Below, in pieces: positions 62,201 to 64,000 of a stretch of 64,000 nt of DNA (position 1 is its first letter; each line of letters starts with the position of its first letter). This stretch comes from Paraphysomonas bandaiensis. Lineage: Eukaryota > Protista > Chrysophyceae. Location: contig CBFFRP010000527.1 in NCBI GenBank assembly GCA_965644295.1, positions 22,321 through 86,320 of the forward strand, given 5' to 3'. The translations under genes and the position numbers were made by a program. Below the pieces are notes generated by a model. It worked only from the letters and a program-made list of their open reading frames with translations. It ran no database searches and was not told the origin of the DNA.

Positions 62201-64000
62201 CGGCTGACCAGATGGTTCACCCGTTGGAACACAACTTGGTTGACCTGATGGAGCAGACGTAGGTTGACCTGTAGGTTGTCCTGTAGGCTGACCAGATGGT
62301 TCACCCGTTGGAACACAAGTTGGTTGACCAGACGGCTGTCCGGTAGGATGCCCGCTGGGCTGACCAGTAGGAACACATGTGGGTTGACCGGAAGGCTCGC
62401 CAGTCGGCTGACCAGATGGTTCACCCGTTGGAACACAACTTGGTTGACCTGATGGAACAGACGTAGGTTGACCTGTAGGTTGTCCTGTAGGCTGACCAGA
62501 TGGTTCACCCGTTGGAGCACAAGTTGGTTGACCAGACGGCTGTCCGGTAGGATGCCCGCTGGGCTGACCAGTAGGAACACATGTGGGTTGACCGGAAGGC
62601 TCGCCAGTCGGCTGACCAGATGGTTCACCCGTTGGAACACAAGTTGGTTGACCTGATGGAACAGAAGTAGGTTGACCTGTAGGTTGTCCTGTAGGCTGAC
62701 CAGATGGTTCACCCGTTGGAACACAAGTTGGTTGACCAGACGGCTGTCCGGTAGGATGCCCGCTGGGCTGACCAGTAGGAACACATGTGGGTTGACCGGA
62801 AGGCTCACCAGTCGGCTGACCAGATGGTTCACCCGTTGGAACACAACTTGGTTGACCTGATGGAACAGAAGTAGGTTGACCTGTAGGTTGTCCTGTAGGC
62901 TGACCAGATGGTTCACCCGTTGGAACACAAGTTGGTTGACCAGACGGCTGTCCGGTAGGATGCCCGCTGGGCTGACCAGTAGGAACACATGTGGGTTGAC
63001 CGGAAGGCTCGCCAGTCGGCTGACCAGATGGTTCACCCGTTGGAACACAACTTGGTTGACCTGATGGAACAGAAGTAGGTTGACCTGTAGGTTGTCCTGT
63101 AGGCTGACCAGATGGTTCACCCGTTGGAACACAAGTTGGTTGACCAGACGGCTGTCCGGTAGGATGCCCGCTGGGCTGACCAGTAGGAACACATGTGGGT
63201 TGACCGGAAGGCTCGCCAGTCGGCTGACCAGATGGTTCACCCGTTGGAACACAACTTGGTTGACCTGATGGAACAGACGTAGGTTGACCTGTAGGTTGTC
63301 CTGTAGGCTGACCAGATGGTTCACCCGTTGGAACACAAGTTGGTTGACCAGACGGCTGTCCGGTAGGATGCCCGCTGGGCTGACCAGTAGGAACACATGT
63401 GGGTTGACCGGAAGGCTCGCCAGTCGGCTGACCAGATGGTTCACCCGTTGGAACACAACTTGGTTGACCTGATGGAACAGAAGTAGGTTGACCTGTAGGT
63501 TGTCCTGTAGGCTGACCAGATGGTTCACCCGTTGGAACACAAGTTGGTTGACCAGACGGCTGTCCGGTAGGATGCCCGCTGGGCTGACCAGTAGGAACAC
63601 ATGTGGGTTGACCGGAAGGCTCGCCAGTCGGCTGACCAGATGGTTCACCCGTTGGAACACAACTTGGTTGACCTGATGGAACAGAAGTAGGTTGACCTGT
63701 AGGTTGTCCTGTAGGCTGACCAGATGGTTCACCCGTTGGAACACAAGTTGGTTGACCAGACGGCTGTCCGGTAGGATGCCCGCTGGGCTGACCAGTAGGA
63801 ACACATGTGGGTTGACCGGAAGGCTCGCCAGTCGGCTGACCAGATGGTTCACCCGTTGGAACACAAGTTGGTTGACCTGATGGAACAGAAGTAGGTTGAC
63901 CTGTAGGTTGTCCTGTAGGCTGACCAGATGGTTCACCCGTTGGAACACAAGTTGGTTGACCAGACGGCTGTCCGGTAGGATGCCCGCTGGGCTGACCAGT
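47252..64000 (-). CDS. Giant mucin-like type I membrane protein, 5' end outside the window (at least 5,582 aa here)
   Basis: The P-[ST]-x-x frame of ORF 47252-55231 continues in frame to 64000. It contains four Cys-containing globular domains, a juxtamembrane domain, TM YWYYYVPGILVLLFILCCIC (about 49500-49565) and a long S/P/K/R-rich tail. Confidence 0.88.
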   Translation of the reverse strand, partial: TGQPSGHPTGQPSGQPTCVPTGEPSGQPTGQPTGQPTSVPSGQPTCVPTGEPSGQPTGEPSGQPTCVPTGQPSGHPTGQPSGQPTCVPTGEPSGQPTGQPTGQPTSVPSGQPSCVPTGEPSGQPTGEPSGQPTCVPTGQPSGHPTGQPSGQPTCVPTGEPSGQPTGQPTGQPTSVPSGQPSCVPTGEPSGQPTGEPSGQPTCVPTGQPSGHPTGQPSGQPTCVPTGEPSGQPTGQPTGQPTSVPSGQPSCVPTGEPSGQPTGEPSGQPTCVPTGQPSGHPTGQPSGQPTCVPTGEPSGQPTGQPTGQPTSVPSGQPSCVPTGEPSGQPTGEPSGQPTCVPTGQPSGHPTGQPSGQPTCVPTGEPSGQPTGQPTGQPTSVPSGQPSCVPTGEPSGQPTGEPSGQPTCVPTGQPSGHPTGQPSGQPTCVPTGEPSGQPTGQPTGQPTSVPSGQPTCVPTGEPSGQPTGEPSGQPTCVPTGQPSGHPTGQPSGQPTCAPTGEPSGQPTGQPTGQPTSVPSGQPSCVPTGEPSGQPTGEPSGQPTCVPTGQPSGHPTGQPSGQPTCVPTGEPSGQPTGQPTGQPTSAPSGQPSCVPTGEPSGQPTGEPSGQPTCVPTGQPSGHPTGQPSGQPTCAPTGEPSGQPTGQPTGQPTSVPSGQPSCVPTGEPSGQPTGEPSGQPTCVPTGQPSGHPTGQPSGQPTCVPTGEPSGQPTGQPTGQPTSVPSGQPSCVPTGEPSGQPTGEPSGQPTCVPTGQPSGHPTGQPSGQPTCAPTGEPSGQPTGQPTGQPTSVPSGQPSCVPTGEPSGQPTGEPSGQPTCVPTGQPSGHPTGQPSGQPTCVPTGEPSGQPTGQPTGQPTSVPSGQPSCVPTGEPSGQPTGEPSGQPTCVPTGQPSGHPTGQPSGQPTCVPTGEPSGQPTGQPTGQPTSVPSGQPSCVPTGEPSGQPTGEPSGQPTCVPTGQPSGHPTGQPSGQPTCVPTGEPSGQPTGQPTGQPTSVPSGQPTCVPTGEPSGQPTGEPSGQPTCVPTGQPSGHPTGQPSGQPTCVPTGEPSGQPTGQPTGQPTSVPSGQPSCVPTGEPSGQPTGEPSGQPTCVPTGQPSGHPTGQPSGQPTCVPTGEPSGQPTGQPTGQPTSVPSGQPSCVPTGEPSGQPTGEPSGQPTCVPTGQPSGHPTGQPSGQPTCVPTGEPSGQPTGQPTGQPTSAPSGQPSCVPTGEPSGQPTGEPSGQPTCVPTGQPSGHPTGQPSGQPTCVPTGEPSGQPTGQPTGQPTSVPSGQPTCVPTGEPSGQPTGEPSGQPTCVPTGQPSGHPTGQPSGQPTCVPTGEPSGQPTGQPTGQPTSVPSGQPSCVPTGEPSGQPTGEPSGQPTCVPTGQPSGHPTGQPSGQPTCVPTGEPSGQPTGQPTGQPTSVPSGQPSCVPTGEPSGQPTGEPSGQPTCVPTGQPSGHPTGQPSGQPSCVPTGEPSGQPTGQPTGQPTSAPSGQPSCVPTGEPSGQPTGEPSGQPTCVPTGQPSGHPTGQPSGQPTCVPTGEPSGQPTGQPTGQPTSVPSGQPSCVPTGEPSGQPTGEPSGQPTCVPTGQPSGHPTGQPSGQPSCVPTGEPSGQPTGQPTGQPTSVPSGQPSCVPTGEPSGQPTGEPSGQPTCVPTGQPSGHPTGQPSGQPSCVPTGEPSGQPTGQPTGQPTSVPSGQPSCVPTGEPSGQPTGEPSGQPTCVPTGQPSGHPTGQPSGQPSCVPTGEPSGQPTGQPTGQPTSVPSGQPSCVPTGEPSGQPTGEPSGQPTCVPTGQPSGHPTGQPSGQPSCVPTGEPSGQPTGQPTGQPTSVPSGQPTCVPTGEPSGQPTGEPSGQPTCVPTGQPSGHPTGQPSGQPSCVPTGEPSGQPTGQPTGQPTSVPSGQPSCVPTGEPSGQPTGEPSGQPTCVPTGQPSGHPTGQPSGQPTCVPTGEPSGQPTGQPTGQPTSVPSGQPSCVPTGEPSGQPTGEPSGQPTCVPTGQPSGHPTGQPSGQPSCVPTGEPSGQPTGQPTGQPTSVPSGQPSCVPTGEPSGQPTGEPSGQPTCVPTGQPSGHPTGQPSGQPSCVPTGEPSGQPTGQPTGQPTAVPTGQPTCVPTGEPSGQPTGEPSGQPTCVPTGQPSGHPTGQPSGQPTCVPTGEPSGQPTGQPTGQPTSVPSGQPTCVPTGEPSGQPTGEPSGQPTCVPTGQPTCVPTGEPSGQPTGQPTGQPTCVPTGQPSGHPTGQPSGQPTCVPTGEPSGQPTGEPSGQPTCVPTGQPTCVPTGEPSGQPTGEPSGQPTCVPTGQPSGHPTGQPSGQPTCVPTGEPSGQPTGEPSGQPTCVPTGQPTCVPTGEPSGQPTGQPTGQPTCVPTGQPSGHPTGQPSGQPTCVPTGEPSGQPTGEPSGQPTCVPTGQPTCVPTGEPSGQPTGQPTGQPTSVPSGQPSCVPTGEPSGQPTGEPSGQPTCVPTGQPSGHPTGQPSGQPTCVPTGEPSGQPTGQPTGQPTSVPSGQPSCVPTGEPSGQPTGEPSGQPTCVPTGQPSGHPTGQPSGQPTCVPTGEPSGQPTGQPTGQPTSVPSGQPTCVPTGEPSGQPTGEPSGQPTCVPTGQPSGHPTGQPSGQPSCVPTGEPSGQPTGQPTGQPTSVPSGQPSCVPTGEPSGQPTGEPSGQPTCVPTGQPSGHPTGQPSGQPTCVPTGEPSGQPTGQPTSVPSGQPSCVPTGEPSGQPTGQPTGQPTSVPSGQPTCVPTGEPSGQPTGEPSGQPTCVPTGQPSGHPTGQPSGQPTCVPTGEPSGQPTGEPSGQPTSVPSGQPSCDPTGEPSGQPTGEPSGQPTCVPTGQPSGHPTGQPSGQPTCVPTGEPSGQPTGQPTSVPSGQPSCVPTGEPSGQPTGQPTGQPTSVPSGQPSCVPTGEPSGQPTGEPSGQPTCIPTGQPTCVPSAVPSGQPSGVPSGHPTYQYPLALEVFRGGRNSFPVVWTPDSLGWANSSYPLYLTVDVFPTSYGSMATQWATIKVNNVTVMEYCTPAEECGSSYYNCFYDMDISDYVSEPLGGSLTIEVSSTGVTGGPCDYMGYPLYTHLQLRGATPSSQPTSVPSGQPSCVPTGEPSGQPTGEPSGQPTCIPTGQPTCVPSAVPSGQPSGVPSGHPTYQYPLALEVFRGGRNSFPVVWTPDSLGWANSSYPLYLTVDVFPTNYGSMATQWATIKVNNVTVMEYCTPAEECGSSYYNCFYDMDISDYVSEPLGGSLTIEVSSTGVTRGPCDYMGYPLYTHLQLRGAIPSSQPTGVPTGYPTGKPSAQPSGIPTSIPSNIPSALPSTFPSGCPSGFPTALPTPLPSGFPTGAPSERPTCAPTMIPSGQPTGYPSAIPSGHPSYLPSGLPSGTPTELPSSLPTSQPSGQPTSEPSSIPSGPPTGQPTGKPSSEPTSYPTTLPSSTPTCIPSGRPTSTPSFEPSGEPSSYPSGQPTGHPSGQPTDMPSSQPSSTPTGEPTVQPTGQPSGLPTGQPTIVPTGLPTCIPSSVPSGIPSGQPTRIPSGMPSSQPTGQPSGEPTGQPTSSPTILPSTVPSSEPSSVPSEIPTVQPTGRPSGQPTTLPSGLPTGQPTNQPSSQPTSQPTGQPTVVPSGQPTSEPTGQPTSRPTCVPSGQPSGQPSSEPSCPPTGVPSEQPTSTPSTQPTGQPTGQPSSQPTGNPTCRPTGLPTTGQPTSVPSAVPSGQPSGVPSGHPTYQYPLALEVFRGGRNSFPVVWTPDSLGWANSSYPLYLTVDVFPTSYGSMATQWATIKVNNVTVMEYCTPAEECGSSYYNCFYDMDISDYVSEPLGGSLTIEVSSTGVTGGPCDYMGYPLYTHLQLRGAIPSSQPTGVPTGYPTGKPSAQPSGIPTVFPTVVPSGLPSSIPSGQPTSNPSSYPSGQPTSLPSKVPTGDPTGLPTGQPSGCPTSFPTCIPSGAPSITPSSQPSEQPTSQPSAQPTGQPSSQPTTEPTGEPTGQPSGKPSSEPSALPTFYPTGTPSSQPSGIPTCQPTVQPSGQPSSQPSGLPSSQPTSQPTSGPTNQPTSEPSGIPTGQPSGQPTEQPTPSPTSEPTCLPSGQPTLQPTGKPTGQPSREPTGEPSSIPSILPTGEPTGQPSSEPSGQPSGNPTGQPTCQPTGYPSGHPTYRPSGQPSGLPTALPSGQPSGVPTLQPTSIPSGQPSALPSIRPTSQPTGQPSSQPTVVPSGEPSSHPTYMFPLGLQFTGGGSDSSPVLWEVDGLSYVNSAYSLFLSVDVYPTNFAIIANQYATIKINGAVVMAHCIPGESCGDRWYHCIVDMDISEFVEEPLGGSVTIEVSSTGVNSGPCDHQGHPLFTQMFLRESLPTGQPTGEPSGQPTGQPSGEPTSQPTGEPTGQPTGQPTGQPSCQPTGQPTGQPTSNPTGQPSGRPTGQPTGKPTGQPTSQPTGQPSGQPTAQPTSEPSSYPTGQPTCYPTGEPTGEPSGHPTGEPTSGPTDIPTGQPSGIPTCDPTGQPTGQPTSAPSGQPTAQPTGQPTAAPTSQPSAQPTCIPTGIPSGQPTCQPTSQPTGQPTGQPTSQPSGQPTSVPTREPTCLPTSFPSSQPSGMPSGQPTCQPSGQPSSQPTVRPSGQPTGSPTGQPTGEPTLQPSSQPSSQPTSAPTSPTSIPSSLPTTFFEVVSVVSVTGRQDIFGIQAYMFDAPAETAFKELIVSSMSAGVILAKNIQILSVTTISTPSQVNFSVYESLSQSRTGTQNLRRHNSHRNLALLNTITRVGYSVKAVVPKRQYADSSTFATAMKQSVNDTFTQASVGSDFISLSRKYGSTHFNDTAEALFILPQFDDGFAIDEVKTAAPTLAPTPQDETFTIIDSAEVVGRKYWYYYVPGILVLLFILCCICRFWSAKYAAEKTESHESYLHSDEELASTAFVGVPCNKPFICDWDYDENDSSHGKSAPVMRPLETNREDYAKRAAARRKELLKSQSSLLGDETTVIDETAGRPRDSIPLDDDATHSPDHNVLPLYPLRGLAGDLFPGDANPPEKAEKSGWFMSSKLRSGSPEVGTQGIPKSSLEKVYDERTKSNSRDSTYLSGENSDSQKNIQKVQNQRSPELKRSVSHTDSVASTTPSEPTSPRPTGIGKLDEPSQQYSDIHRTESTPSPSKRGHSSSPVPPLESIHRACKQEKSIPRVAPKDTIGTKSEGNRVWQDSPINLDGSSDDDSDCNLSVRIVGSSAFIDSVNSPSSDRSNNVPRKPGASLPARKAPQRPGLEPLSSTKRLPMGMKTVKSKAESDSTVLKPPKIKHQSKPRTWDADNALPQTEPSSARPRTIRKQTSALKTRDSDVQLSSPAPKPNITPTTFRRVDGAPIPGIHSQDRRVKNSSGRDKKDSKNISPGKHSDHEKEELSDIEKNEKKPPLLNFLIGRGRGNDAFGSKPHTKSMTTANIPSSPTFTPKSVTKRPVGTVLSLSSDGDQPYTDDNPISSVRNLQYQGSKPKKKTPRKGITIDSIVLSSDDEDDNAIKVTHIRTPRATPTLSSTHRPRQEPGISKSPDPSTQRVTTSTRGSVNKQHAINKQRGTRTAAPARHPQRNLGIYPTSSPPLRSHSVGVSSGPRSASPVRNSPSIRLQSQSPAATGRTPVSPMKKGVIKQDKKN
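55260..64000 (-). repeat. Coding tandem array, 204-bp (68-aa) unit; regular from about 57560 with more than 31 copies
   Basis: Unit TSVPSGQPSCVPTGEPSGQPTGEPSGQPTCVPTGQPSGHPTGQPSGQPTCVPTGEPSGQPTGQPTGQP; shadow ORFs recur every 204 bp. Confidence 0.97.

Noticed and set aside
55234-63948. 2,904-aa ORF (FQRVNHLVS...) as a second, overlapping gene
   Set aside because: It is a shifted frame of the mucin repeat. The P/S/T/G/Q/E/C/H and GTT codons used cannot create stops in that frame, so it stays open trivially.

Overview
Gene-dense eukaryotic nuclear DNA with short spliceosomal introns. It probably comes from a flagellated protist, most likely a stramenopile; this is inferred from RSP3 and the P-[ST]-x-x mucin style. 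Housekeeping-type genes: RSPH3, THOC3/TEX1, a ubiquitin-specific protease, a DH-PH RhoGEF, OXA1 and SPCS2, plus a sulfotransferase-like, an EEP/sphingomyelinase-like and a pyruvyltransferase-like gene. Two giant genes are built by tandem-repeat expansion. One is a RING + coiled-coil + 41-armadillo-repeat protein with a 9-repeat higher-order duplication and variation concentrated in helix 3. The other is a >5,500-aa type I membrane mucin that runs off the window end, with a 204-bp coding array and four copies of a Cys-containing domain I do not recognise. Non-coding highlights: (1) a 3.9-kb foldback element with 1,687-bp near-perfect TIRs and an AATA target duplication; (2) a 143-bp satellite whose monomer reads as the C-terminus of an ORF; (3) a self-nesting repeat family with a CCCTCAACAAAGT terminus and a structured core; (4) decayed MULE and Copia relics. 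No CRISPR array, rRNA or tRNA was found. Protein calls come from manual motif recognition, not database searches.
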